Shown here piece by piece: positions 52,701 to 64,000 of a DNA stretch of 64,000 nt. Position numbers and translations under genes: made by a program. Numbering within the stretch: the first letter of the stretch is position 1; each line of letters starts with the position of its first letter. The notes under the pieces are model-generated. The model ran no database searches, had not been told where the DNA came from, and saw only the letters and a list, made by a program, of their open reading frames with translations. This DNA is from Takakia lepidozioides (Eukaryota > Plantae > Bryophyta). Where the stretch lies: positions 91,016,001 through 91,080,000 of the forward strand of contig CM060731.1 in the NCBI GenBank assembly GCA_030704615.1. Reading direction: 5' to 3'.

Positions 52701-54388
52701 GGCTTGTAGTAGGTCAAGGGATTCGTGGAGATTGTGTAGGTAGTGTGGGTAGCTCATGCAGTTGCTGTAGTAGCAAACGTATGTGTATGTCTGGTTGGGT
52801 TCTAAAGTAGTCATTGCATATTGAGGGGGATTGGAGAGATGACAACAATTAGTGAGAGTAGTAGGTGTTGTGGGGGGTATGTGCTAAGTTTATGGGTGGC
52901 AGTGACTAGGGATGGGTGTTCGTAGGTAGGGAACCCAAAGGTGGCAATTGGGTGCGTGGGTTTACGGTTATTGGTAGGAGGGTTAGGGAGAAAGGGAGAG
53001 AAGTGGTCACTAAGGTGTTGATATGCAGGCACGAGCATGACAGTGTCTGGTTGGAAATATAATTCATATCTATCTGTCTTGATCCGTTGGAAGCTTATTG
53101 ATGATGCTAATGATGGTATAGGGGCCTGGGTTTGGGTGAATGTCGCCGCAGCGAAGTAGTGTAAGCGTTTCATAGGCAAGTAGATAGGACTTAAGTGGGA
53201 TGGTGGATGGTGAGAGGAGTGTTTGGATGCAAGGGGTCTATGGTGATATCGTCCATGTGGGCAGTGGGTTATAAGTTGGATTTTGAGGGGGTGAGGGTGG
53301 GGGGTGGGGGTGCGTGGGGGTTAGTTGTGGAGAAAGTGTATGAGGGGGTAGAGTTGGTGTTAGCATAGTGGGTACTAGCGGAGCTAGTTGCTTGTGTGTG
53401 TGGGGGGGAAGGTATTGCCTGTGGGTTAGTGTGTGGGTTCGTCTGGGTCATGAAGGAGGTTTGTTGTACATGAGCTCTCGTGATGGGGGTAAAAATTTAA
53501 TATAGGTGTATGGTGGGTAGAGAGTATATAATTAACTAGAGTGGGGGAAAGAGGATAAGTGGACAACATCCATGGATGAATGAGTTCGGTGGGCCTTGAT
53601 ATAGATAGTGGGATAGAGGTAAAGTGTGGAGTGGTGGCAAGGTTGGGTGATGGTAAGTGGATCTGGATTGTGGTAGATGCTTGGCAGCTGAGGGGGTGGG
53701 AAGGTTGAGGATAAATGGCTGTCAGGAATAGGATGCTAGAGGGGGTGATAAAGAGACCGTGTGATTGATTTGATATCACAAGAATTGATGAGGTAAGGGG
53801 CTGAAAATGTGAAGGTGTAGATATGGCAGATATATGACACCTAAGGGGGCGTTTTGTGACGAGATGGAGAAGCTTGTTGGGGGTGCTTATTTGGGAAAAT
53901 ATATATTACAAGATGAGTCTGAAGTTGTGGAGAATGAGAGATGGAGATTTGTGAGTGAAGCCAGTAAGGGTATAGCGTTGTGATATGATGAGAGGCCAAG
54001 ACTTTGCTGTGGCATATTGAAAGAATAAATGTGAGCAGAGGGGGTGCTCAGGAATTATAAATAAGGTAGTGATAACAGCAGCTCAATATCTAACAAGCCT
54101 ATGATCTTATAGGTGGTCGGTGCAGCAAAATTGAGCCTCGGTACTTCGCAGTAGGTTGGCGCATGTGAGGGAGCGCAGCGAGTCGGGGAAGTACACGAGC
54201 AAGGTGGTAGGCAAGGACTCCAATCGGCAGAGTCGAAGGGGGCTAGCAGCTTGCAACAGAAATTAATTGTTGGCGGGGTTTGTGATCCACATGCGGGCTG
54301 CAGTACAGACATCCTTACAATGCACCAGAAATTAGGGTAGATGGCAGTGTTGTAGCTTTCTCTCAGGCGAAGCGAAAGGGAGCCAGTA

Positions 54389-54930
54389 GTCGACAAGATA
54401 ATGACAGCATTGAGGGTGTAGGTTCGTGGGACATAGAGATGTTGAGTGTGAGATTTCATGGGACCAGTATTAAGTACAAACAACAACAGTTGACATCTAT
54501 AGTTAGAGGCAATGTAAGGAGCAACCGGAGCATGTAAGGTCACTTCCCTGGATGACATGTCTTGTGGTGTTGGTGCAGGCTGGAGAGTCGTAGGCATATT
54601 GGTGATTGTTGGCGGATATTTGCAGCACTTGGTGGCAGAAGTGGTCGGCTGCACAAGCGCATAAACAACAATAGTTGACGTATCAGATGTCGACAGGATA
54701 ATGACAACATTGGAGGTATAGGCTCCTGGAACATAGAAATGTGGAGTTTGAGATTTCATGCTATAAGTACCAAGCACATACAGTGGCATTCGACAATAGG
54801 AGTGGGTGGTAAAGTTGACAGCACACAGAGCGTGTAAGGTGACTTCCCTGGATGGTCTGACTTGCGGTGTTGGTGCATGATGGAGAGTTACATGTAAGTA
54901 GTCACGTGTTGGCTGATATATCTGGCACAT
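54389..54930. repeat. 300-bp-period tandem duplication inside the LINE
   Basis: gtcgaca(a/g)gataatgaca... at 54389 and 54689. SREVTLHA occurs twice in ORF 54055-54930. Confidence 0.85.
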
Positions 54931-55056
54931 AGAAAATGGTCGGCACCGTGATCAGGGCAATTACCCTCCCACTTCTCCAAACTACCTCTCCTAGTCCGGA
55001 TTTGTGGCATATTTGATCTTTATGCTGCTGCTTCATTGCTTGAATCCTTGCTCTCA

Positions 55057-57174
55057 TCATAGACAAAGGCCGATCAGTGCACCCTTCTTCAGTAAGCTGG
55101 GCCACCATTTCGCAGCCTTGGGTTTAGGTAGGTCTTGACAAATGCTGGAGATGGTGTCTCGAATGTGGAGGCAGATTTTGATGACACAAACCCCGCTCAT
55201 ATCACAGTCTTTTGCACTAGCATGGCATGCGATCATGACATGGAACAGGATGGAGGACAGTAGAACTGAGTTCCTGCCATCTCTCAATATAACACCATGA
55301 TCAAGTAGCTGCCCCATCAGCTTCCTGTGATTGAGCTCATAAGTTGTAAGAAATTCTATCAAGGGCCTCCAATAACGTGAGTTCAAGAAAGCCACTGTAC
55401 CGCATCCATTTTCAGCATATCCAGCTATCATTGTACTCCATGAGAACCCAGCTTGTTTAAGCGTGTCATCAAACACATGGCTTGCATCATTCAAGCTCCC
55501 GCATTTGGCATACATGGTAGAAAGGGCAGTCTTCAGATTGACATTTTGCATAATGCTAGCTTTGATGATAACAACATGAAACTCCATGCCTGATACTTCA
55601 GGGAACGTGTACATGCCTGGCAGCTTATGTGCAAGTTTGAGGCTGGAGACAACATTTGGTACCACTCCAGCTTTGATGATGACAACATGCACATCTTTGC
55701 GCTTCTCCAGGGCTTCCAGGCTTGCACAAGCATGGCAAATGCACACACACGTGATGTGGTTGGGCTTCACCCCTTCCCCCATCATTTGATCATAGGTCTC
55801 CACAACAATGCCAGCTTTGACATGGCCATTCAACCGGGCTTGCCGCTTCTGGTGCGGAGGCAGGGATAAATCAGCAAGAAGATCTTTGCTTAGAGGGCCA
55901 TAAGCATAATGAGAATCAATGACAAGAGGTTGAGCCTCCAGGTGGAGCTGGTGAGCACTGGCATACATATCAGCAAGGGCAGTCTTCAGACTGATATCAG
56001 GTGAGATCCCAGCTTTGATTATGTCAGCATGGACACATTTGTCCTTTCCCAGGGCTGGAAGAGTGATACACATACTGAATCTAGCTCTGAAGATGTCGCC
56101 ATGGACCACTTTGCCCTTTCCCAAATCTGCCAGGGCAGTGTGTAGAGTGGCATTTGGAACAGCTACAGCACCACCTGCAGGCATCACATTCCACGGCACC
56201 AAATCACGTTCAGCCATAGTGTCAAACACTCCCTTAGCATCCTCAATGCACCCACATTTTGTATACATGTCCACCAGGGTATTGTTCAGAGTGACAGTTG
56301 GCACAATTTCAGCTCTGAAGATGTTGCCATGGGCCTCTTTACCCTTTCCCAGATCGGCCAGGGCAATGTGTAGAGTGACATTTGGTACAACGACAGCAAC
56401 ATTTGTAGAGGGGGAGAAGCGAGGGGGTGGAAGTACAGACTGTCTTTTGAACAGGTCAGATTGATTAATTGCCACATCGCCAGTAGTGAGTGCAACATAA
56501 TTTCCCAGCATCGTTTGAACAAGGTATTGTACATCAGAGTCCAACTGCCGTTGCTCCATGATGTTGAACTCCTTGGGTATCTGGTTTGTGTGGGGCTCCA
56601 CTGGCAAGTCCTGGAGTGACCTTGAGGGTGGGCCCTCGAAGTCCTTTGAGGCTAGCTGACTGGAATGAGTGGGGGGAGCTGGAGTGATAATACCTTTGGC
56701 TGGGGCTTGTTTGACTGGTGCAAATTCCGCAAGTCTCTCAGTACCTGAAAACTCATGAAAGCTTGGAGTGGTGACAACAGGAGTGTTACAACCTGGAGTA
56801 TCACTATCTGCAGGGGGCCCACTAATATTTCTTCGTGCAGCAGCCTTCAATCGTGCACCTGGGCCGCCGTTCAGTGTAACAACATGGATTGCCCACAAGT
56901 AAATCTGCCCAGGCCCATCTTTCCAAGAGCCTTCCACTGCAAGGGTGTGCCCAATAAAACTAGGCCTTCGAAGTGCAGGGTTGGGGCTCAGTACCACTAT
57001 TGCTGCAGTGAAAATAATATTGATGACAGGTGGTAGCAACAACCCTTGCATCGGTGATTGTCGGGAAATTTTATAACCTGCCTCCAACGTACAGTTGCTG
57101 CAAATTGCAGCCTCCAGACCAGTGCCCCAGGGAGGTCCAGGATTGTGGATATCAGCATGGGATTGCTTACCCAT
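55057..57174 (-). CDS. 705-aa open frame containing degenerate PLS-class PPR repeats, inside the LINE
   Basis: NTLVDMYTKCGCIEDAKGVFDTMAERDLVPWNVM; GKCVHADIIKAGISPD..TALADMY (read as KDKCVHADIIKAGISPD); MMGEGVKPNHITCVCICHACAS; TALSTMYAKCGSLNDASHVFD..FSWSTMIAGYAENGCG. Confidence 0.75.
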   Translation of the reverse strand: MGKQSHADIHNPGPPWGTGLEAAICSNCTLEAGYKISRQSPMQGLLLPPVINIIFTAAIVVLSPNPALRRPSFIGHTLAVEGSWKDGPGQIYLWAIHVVTLNGGPGARLKAAARRNISGPPADSDTPGCNTPVVTTPSFHEFSGTERLAEFAPVKQAPAKGIITPAPPTHSSQLASKDFEGPPSRSLQDLPVEPHTNQIPKEFNIMEQRQLDSDVQYLVQTMLGNYVALTTGDVAINQSDLFKRQSVLPPPRFSPSTNVAVVVPNVTLHIALADLGKGKEAHGNIFRAEIVPTVTLNNTLVDMYTKCGCIEDAKGVFDTMAERDLVPWNVMPAGGAVAVPNATLHTALADLGKGKVVHGDIFRARFSMCITLPALGKDKCVHADIIKAGISPDISLKTALADMYASAHQLHLEAQPLVIDSHYAYGPLSKDLLADLSLPPHQKRQARLNGHVKAGIVVETYDQMMGEGVKPNHITCVCICHACASLEALEKRKDVHVVIIKAGVVPNVVSSLKLAHKLPGMYTFPEVSGMEFHVVIIKASIMQNVNLKTALSTMYAKCGSLNDASHVFDDTLKQAGFSWSTMIAGYAENGCGTVAFLNSRYWRPLIEFLTTYELNHRKLMGQLLDHGVILRDGRNSVLLSSILFHVMIACHASAKDCDMSGVCVIKICLHIRDTISSICQDLPKPKAAKWWPSLLKKGALIGLCL

Positions 57175-60100
57175 TCCGAAGTATTGCGAAATCAGTATTA
57201 AAAGAAGAGGTTATCGAAGCTTTGCTGGTTGAGATCATAGCAATTCTGTATAACTACCCAAGTTCATGTCTCCAGGGACGCTCCCCTAGTGAAAAATACA
57301 CAATCAAGTTTATAGAAGAAGGCCCAGCAGGTGAAGAAGTCCATTGAACGCGCCCTATGAAGAGAGTTGGTTGCTGGCCAGGGTTGGGAGGGTTCGGGCA
57401 AGAATTTGCTTGCAACGACAACCTCCCTTGTACTTCAGAGTCCACTGTTCCGAGTACTTTTCTCGCAACCATTGCTTGTCAAGTGACCGGTGAGTGCAAA
57501 CACACTAGGGTTCTGGCGGGCCGAGCTGGATTGATGCAGCTGTTGTGAGGGCGGGGGTAGATCAACAGTAAGAACATTGCACCAGATGCTATAATCCGAA
57601 GGACCACGGAGAGCTGCAAACCAACACATACTGGCCCGGTTTCTGAAAAGGACGAGTTCAATTTGAGCGAGTAGGAAGAGCCGCATACCATGTAATCTTG
57701 GGAGGAGGTTGAGGGTAGTGTGGGTTTGAAGATGTAACTGAGCAACCACCGCAAAGGTGGGGCCTGGGGCCGATGCTCGAGTATCAGCGCAGAGCCCCGC
57801 CCTCCCACCCTTCTCGACTGTCGCAACTGGTGGTGTAACGAATCTGTCAATGTAAGAGAGTGTGCACCATGGAGGGGAAACGACGGGCACCACCTGGCAT
57901 TCCCGACACACAATGGCCTCCAACATGCACCAGTCCGACATGTTATTGTGCGAGACACAGCTTCCCCGAACTGCGGAATCATTGGGATACTTTGGCTTGT
58001 CTCCAGCGCAAGAGCAGATCAGGGTCATGAGCAGCATGTACCAGATAGCTGGTTGCATATGACGAATGGTGAGGAAGCCCGACCCGGCGGCCATCGAAAG
58101 GTAGCCGAACAACGTTAAAATGGAGCTAGGAACGCATTGCTGATCACGAACTGGATTGATAAAAACGCCAAAATCACCTTGACGGCTTCTTCAGCGAAAG
58201 AAGCAGACCAAGGTCACGGGGAGTTTCCTTCCTTCCTACGAGGCAGTCTGTCACCAACGCTAAGTCGACTGTGTAAAGAGCGGGCAAACTCCAAGCCGTA
58301 GAAATCAATTAAATGATCATGCAGATAGAAAGAAGCATTGTAAAGAGCAGCAAGATCGCTACATCTGCATAAGTTAAGAAGTGAACTAAGTCACACAACT
58401 GATGCCCAGAGACAAAAACGTCTAAAGTGGGGGTAGACAAAATGAAATGCGGCGGTAAAACAGTAAGAAGAAGCGCAATAAGAGCATGAACAGGTAGAGA
58501 GAGGGCCAAGTCAAGCAATAGTAAGCTAGTAGTGAGCAGCAGCTTAGAGAGCTCGAGTGGGAGCCATGGAGGCGGGCATGACTACAGCAGATAGTGAGTA
58601 CTAAACAGGAGGAGCCGCCAGTTAGGGGTAGGTAAAAACACTAGGGATCGGGGGAGGATAGCAGGACCCTATAGAATAGCGATTAGCAAGAGATCTAGCA
58701 GAGAGTTGAGCGGGAGAGCGGAGCTCCGCCCTCCCGTCCCCTCACCCGCTCCGATTCGCAACAAGGGTAGAGATATTCAATTGCTTGCTCTGCTCTCTAC
58801 TGGTTTCTATGAAAAATCTGAACTGGGCACGGGGTTTATGGCCACAAGGCAACGTCTCTGGACTACATTCTATTATAGCACCAACAGATATGATTTGACA
58901 AACCCTGGGTTCTGAGAGATTACTCACAAGTCAAGAGTCCCCCCCACATGTGTATGCTTGAGAACTTCATTGTAATTTTGCTCATGGGCCTAGATGATGC
59001 CAGCAGTCAGCAGCAGCATAGGGTTGCATGTGACTCGGCGTGCATTCAGCCTGGATTGCATTTGGCTGTGCAGAAAAAGATAACAGAATTTGAAATTAGG
59101 AAACGCACATCTTCATCCTTCCAGCCATAGACTTGTGAATGATGCAAGTATTTGGATAGGCTTAGACTGCGTGGAAGTTGCACTTTAAAGCATAGATGGT
59201 AACTTTTGGTTTCCTCAACTAGGGTCTGATGTAAGTAACAAAGGTTGGTGGACAGAAGTTGCTGCGTTTGCCAACATGTACCATCAACCAGGCATCATAG
59301 TAGCCCATTATGAATTCCAGGACTTCAGACTTTGTGGCTTCTTGAGCAAATATCTGCTTTCAAAATTGTAATGACTACAAGTTGCCATCTGGAGCTATGT
59401 AAAAAGCAGACATGTGGAAGGTTAGTAGGGAACAAAAGATAGCTGTCATCTCATCAAGAATGGCAGCTGAAGTGAAGAGGGCTTCATCTCTGTCACTGCT
59501 TGACAAAGTCCTGTGCTGAAACTGCCATATTCAACCAAACTGCCCCATGATGAACCATTTGCTCTAGAACATCTATACTTTACAGGTAAGCAGTGAACGA
59601 GCAATCCTTAAAACATAGCACCTCAACCAGAGGCTGCCAGTCCCTTAATCAATCAACACTGCCGTAACTTCGCTGGTCACATGGATGCACATGTGCTCAG
59701 ACTTCTGCAATCATGACTAAGGCAGGGAATAACACGTCACTTTGTTGGGTAGTTGCCACCAGGCATAACTAGAACTCTATAGCATACCTCCCTCACTCCA
59801 AAGTACAGCACATTCCACTTCACAGAAAACAGAAAATACATACACTCACTACATATTTTTTCTCTACTACAGGATTGAGAGGAAGCCCTAAGACAAATCC
59901 ACCATGGCGGTATCAACCACTGTCTACTGAATCCATAGCATGCTGCAAATGAACATAATCCAACATCATGGAGTAACAATCAGGTAACAAGGCTCAAGAA
60001 GAACATGGCAATAATAATTTTGAGATCAAGACTGTGCTAATTTCTTTTCTTTGCAGAGAAAAGGAGAGGTGATGCTCCAAAAGCAAGCACTTCTGTGTGA

Positions 60101-61199
60101 AGCAACCTTCAACACTTTGCAACTGCAGCGAAAAGAGTAGCCAATGGATTGAACAAATAAGTTCAGCTAAAACATGATTCTGGTCAAAACAACTTGCAGA
60201 GCCAAGGCAATGGGTCTCACTTCTGACTCCATTCATGTGACTGGATTCCAATGCATATTTCAATCACTACTTAACTCGAGAACCTTCCTGACTTGATCTA
60301 CTAACCTCAAAAATGGCAGATCACACTACGAATCAACTGCAACTTATGATTGCATCTCTGAGCTTTGGATACAGTGCAACAAAAAGGTGATAACAGTTCA
60401 CCTTTGACTGCTATTTCTCAACATCTTAGAGCTCCTACAGACTTCCAAGTTCAGGAGCTCTGCCAGCTGAGCATCGCTCCAATGAGCTACAATGATAGAA
60501 ACAAATCCAGGGAATTGTAGTAATTACTAAAATTACTGTTGCGACCCTGCCAATCAAAATCACTGCAAACCAGTAAAGATCCACCCAGCGAGCTAACATA
60601 CAGAATTCACATGCAAAATCAGGGACATTCTGATGAGAGGGAAAATCAGGCTGAAATAGGTTGAATACTTAAGGGAAAGGTTGAAGAGACAAATATGATG
60701 GGAGAGCCGTAAGAGAATATCTGAATGATGAAAGAGCTGGAACGGAATACCTGCTAGCAACTGATGTCTTCCGTGTGGGCGCTGGACATATCCAAGAGCG
60801 TGTGAACTGCTGGGTGGCACTGGATTCGCCTTTGGGCGTAGTGAAGCATCGCTTGCAATACCTTAATAAGGAACCATTACTATGCCTGCCATCTACCTTT
60901 TTCCGCAGCCTTGAGCTGCATCAAAGTGACTATTTGGATCTGTTGTGGCGGAAAACTGCAAACTTAGCTGGCAAGGCTTAATGAAATTGGGAACTATTGG
61001 ACGAAAGCTTTGTGATCTGTTTTTGGATACTTTCCTGTTGCCACATTGGCAGTAACATGTAAAAACATTCCGAACAATCATAGATCCATCCAATGAGTTA
61101 ACTTGCAGAATTGAACATGAGAATTAGGGACGACTCTAATAAGAGGGAAAAACAGGCTGAAATGTGTTGAAGAAGGTGCCTTTATGAGCAGTGCCCATG

Positions 61200-61520
61200 C
61201 ACCATCCACCCCTGCTGGTCTCTTGTAGCTATTGATCCACAGGGAATCATAAGTAATCTTGTGTTGAATCCGCCAACAAGATAAAGAAGCAAGAGGCAGA
61301 AAGGTTACCAGTCTTGGAGTATGTCGAGGCCCCCAGCCACAGTATAGGTGTGTTGCTGCTGCTGCCGCTCCCACTTCACCATCCACCCATGCAGGTCTCT
61401 TGTAGGTATTGATCCACAGGGAATCATAAGCAATCTTTTGTTGAATCCGCCATCGAGATAAAGAAGCAAGAGGCAGAAAGGTTACCTGCCAGTCTTGGAG
61501 TATGTCGAGGCCCCCATCCA
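61200..61520. repeat. About 177-bp-period duplication in a degraded spliced locus
   Basis: VTFLPLASLS.WRIQ.KI.YDSLWIN.YKRPA.VDG occurs twice in ORF 61078-61545. Confidence 0.8.
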
Positions 61521-64000
61521 CCACCAGAGTACATAGCGCCGGCACCCATGTTCAATTCAACTTTCCGATATGGATAGATCGTTACAGCGGCAGAAGTTCT
61601 CCAAGGACACACGATCTGCACTCGCGAGACCGAGAATGCACACAGGCGGACACAAGAAGGAGACAACGATAGGATCCGAGATTAGCAGGCCACAGTTTTG
61701 ACACACCAAACAGCATGAAACAGGCCTGCCAGATTAAGCCCGGGCACATCCCAGGGCATGATGTTATGATCTCATCAGCAGCCTCCCCTTGGAACCGTTT
61801 GTCTTCCTCGCGAGCTTGAAGCAGGATCACATAGCTACCAAAACAGAGAGAAAAAGAGAGGGAGTGTAGAGGAATTCGAAGCAAGCAAAAGATTAACATT
61901 CTGTACCTCTACAGCGGCCACGCCCCGCATACGGAACCCGGCGTCCTAGTGAAAAAGTCGCGCTGCCTTGAATGCAGCCGTGCCCTGGATAACAAAGTGA
62001 TAAGAAAGTTATTGCGTGCTGATGATGTCCACTGCGACTACTAAGTGGGAGCATTCCACGATTGTACAGGCTGCCATGCGCTCTCGCTGCCCTCGTTCCT
62101 TCTTTTCCTTCTCTGTTCGAATTGCGGAACATGGTTTCTGCACCTCTGTTCACCAACTTTGAAAATCTCGAGGCTGAGGATACAGCCCTGGCCCTGTTGG
62201 GCTGCTCACACACAGCAGATTGATGCTTGTATGAAGGGATTTCTAGAGGATGTCTGAAAAGCCTGAACTAATTGTTTATATCAAGGTAAGTCACACTACT
62301 GGAGTGAGCCCCTCACAAAGGTCTTGCCTATTCCCTATCTTTCCGTCCAAGCTGGGTGCCGGACAAGGCTACGACAAACACAAATAAAGTCTTATGAGTA
62401 CATTTTCTGTCCGAATTGCAGTCCTTGTCTGTGTGCAGGAGGGTGTGGGAAACCAAGTCCATTGAGAATGAGGCAATTCATGAAGTAAATAATCCTCCTT
62501 GTTCAAGACTCTGACCCCCATGGACTTGCCTCCCTTTTTGTGGATCCGCAGATTTGCCCAGAAGTAGTGCCCTTGGTTGTCCCATGTGCAAATTTCCATT
62601 GTTTGGTGGGGCCTTATTCTTGAAGACGTGTTTGGCAGGGAGACCAAGGTGACCGAATTGCAATCACCAAATAACAAAATTATTTTCTCCAAAATCAGAC
62701 ACCAAGTCCAGGTTCAGCAGCATGTCTTTGGTGCATCGAGATGATTTGGAGTGGTGCGCAGATGGCAGGTGGTTTGACCGTTTTTCAAATACTACTTACT
62801 CAGAAGACTTCCAGATTTCTCGACAGCCAGACATTGCTCCAGTAACTGAACAGCCCATCTTGGGGCATCAGGTCAAGGTTAAGGACAAGTGGAGCAGACA
62901 TAAACCAGCCGCAGCACTGCGCTTATCACAATCATTGAAGAAAGTGCAGGTTAGCAGTGCAGTTTAGAGTAACCTTTGTGGTGCAAATGCTCAGAAGGGG
63001 TGGTTGTTGGTTTGCCTGCTTGATTTCAGACTGTGCAGTAGGTGTGATGAAACTAAGCCTCTCATGCTTTATGTGGATCTGGTTGGGGGCTAAGTTGAAA
63101 TGTTTCTCTCCATGTTTTTCGAATGCAGTGTCATTTGTGAGCCACAGTCTTGAGTTGTCAATGACCAGTTGTGAAATATTGGTGACCGTGTTTACACTTC
63201 CATTGTGCGGTAGTCTCTGTATGTGACTTTGAAATAAACTTATGTGGGACATCATTTCATGAAGAGAAAGAAAATATACTCGTGCTTATTCCAGGCTTGT
63301 GGCTCCCAGACCCTGCTTCAACAGAGCAAAGGGAAAGGGAGAAAATGAGGGTGAGGAAAGGATAGTTGGAACAGGTTACCTACATTGTCAGACCCCCCTT
63401 AAAAGTGATGGGATCCACCTTGATGATGGGAGAGAGAGCGAGGGAGAAGGGGAGGGTGTTCTATGTCGAGGTCACTCCAGGTATGAAAACTCGAGAGACC
63501 TCAAGTGTGAGACCTGGTGGATAACTATTGTGGATGTCTAGTTAAACATAGTTTTGCATTGGTTGATTTACATCATGGAGCAAGGTGTTATTTAAGTAGG
63601 AACGATGACCTATGCAGGTGGCTACTGGCATTGAGAAGCTCAAGCTCTCAGCCTCTAAAGGCAATGTTTCAAGCTGCAAGACCTGAATATCTGTCAGGGG
63701 GAGTGTCATCCCATGCAGTCCCTGCAGCCTCAACATCAGGGAGAAAAGAGGCAGAGTTCTGGAGGGAGAGGAGGACAGGGCGCAGCCAATCTATTAACCA
63801 ACCAACAGGCATGCTTTATCTCATTGAAGTGAGCAACTGTTCAGACTCACTTTCTGATTTTTGAAAGGTTGCTGGACCTGGGTCAGAGCTTGACAGTGAA
63901 ACCAGTCTCCAGCAAGATGAGCAGCACCTTTTCATCTTCTTGATGGCCACTTAAGGTCACCACCCCAAAAGAGTGCCAGCATATGTCATTCTTGTGTCTA

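Larger units (their letters stand above)
46612..58757 (-). mobile_element. TSD-bounded, degraded non-LTR retrotransposon, Dualen/RandI-like (APE + RT + RNase H + CCHC + RLE)
   Basis: 16-bp TSD GCAACAAGGGTAGAGA at 46596-46611 and 58758-58773. APE: LIWNV, LLQETK, AGDFN, SDHYP (52420-51650). RT: QEGFR, IDFKNVFGS, IQGDTLSPYLF, AYVDDL (50500-49790). RNase H: RAELMAI, FTDSL, HTGIHGNEEADLLA (48200-47800). CPLC..H..C-RHN and PDILL..IEFT..KRQKY (47450-47000). (TC)n 3' tail. Confidence 0.88.

Noticed and set aside
58800-64000. Host gene in the right-hand 5 kb
   Set aside because: Exon-like pieces with stops and duplications are visible, but no product could be recognised.

Overview
Eukaryotic (plant) genomic DNA, most likely a moss or other bryophyte: the first 1.5 kb holds exon 1 of a canonical long PIN auxin-efflux carrier with moss-like residues. 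The rest is mostly a nest of transposons. The main object is a Mutator-like (MULE) DNA transposon present as two damaged copies (about 16339-27039 and 38951-46215). It has ~560-bp terminal repeats and a GCM-like/DDE/SWIM transposase. Head-to-head with the transposase is a spliced accessory gene encoding a ParB/Srx-like domain (DG[N/S]HR) fused to a beta-class N4C/N6A DNA-methyltransferase-like domain. Introns of that gene carry regularly spaced 24-bp palindromes, which are candidate binding sites. Also present: a truncated Ty3/gypsy element (LTR, PBS, gag-PR-RT); a 12.1-kb TSD-flanked non-LTR retrotransposon with both APE and restriction-like endonucleases plus RNase H (Dualen/RandI-like) that carries PPR-gene fragments; CACTA remnants and several MITEs; and degraded C5-methyltransferase-like and BAH-like coding fragments. 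All domain calls come from motifs read by eye, not from database searches.
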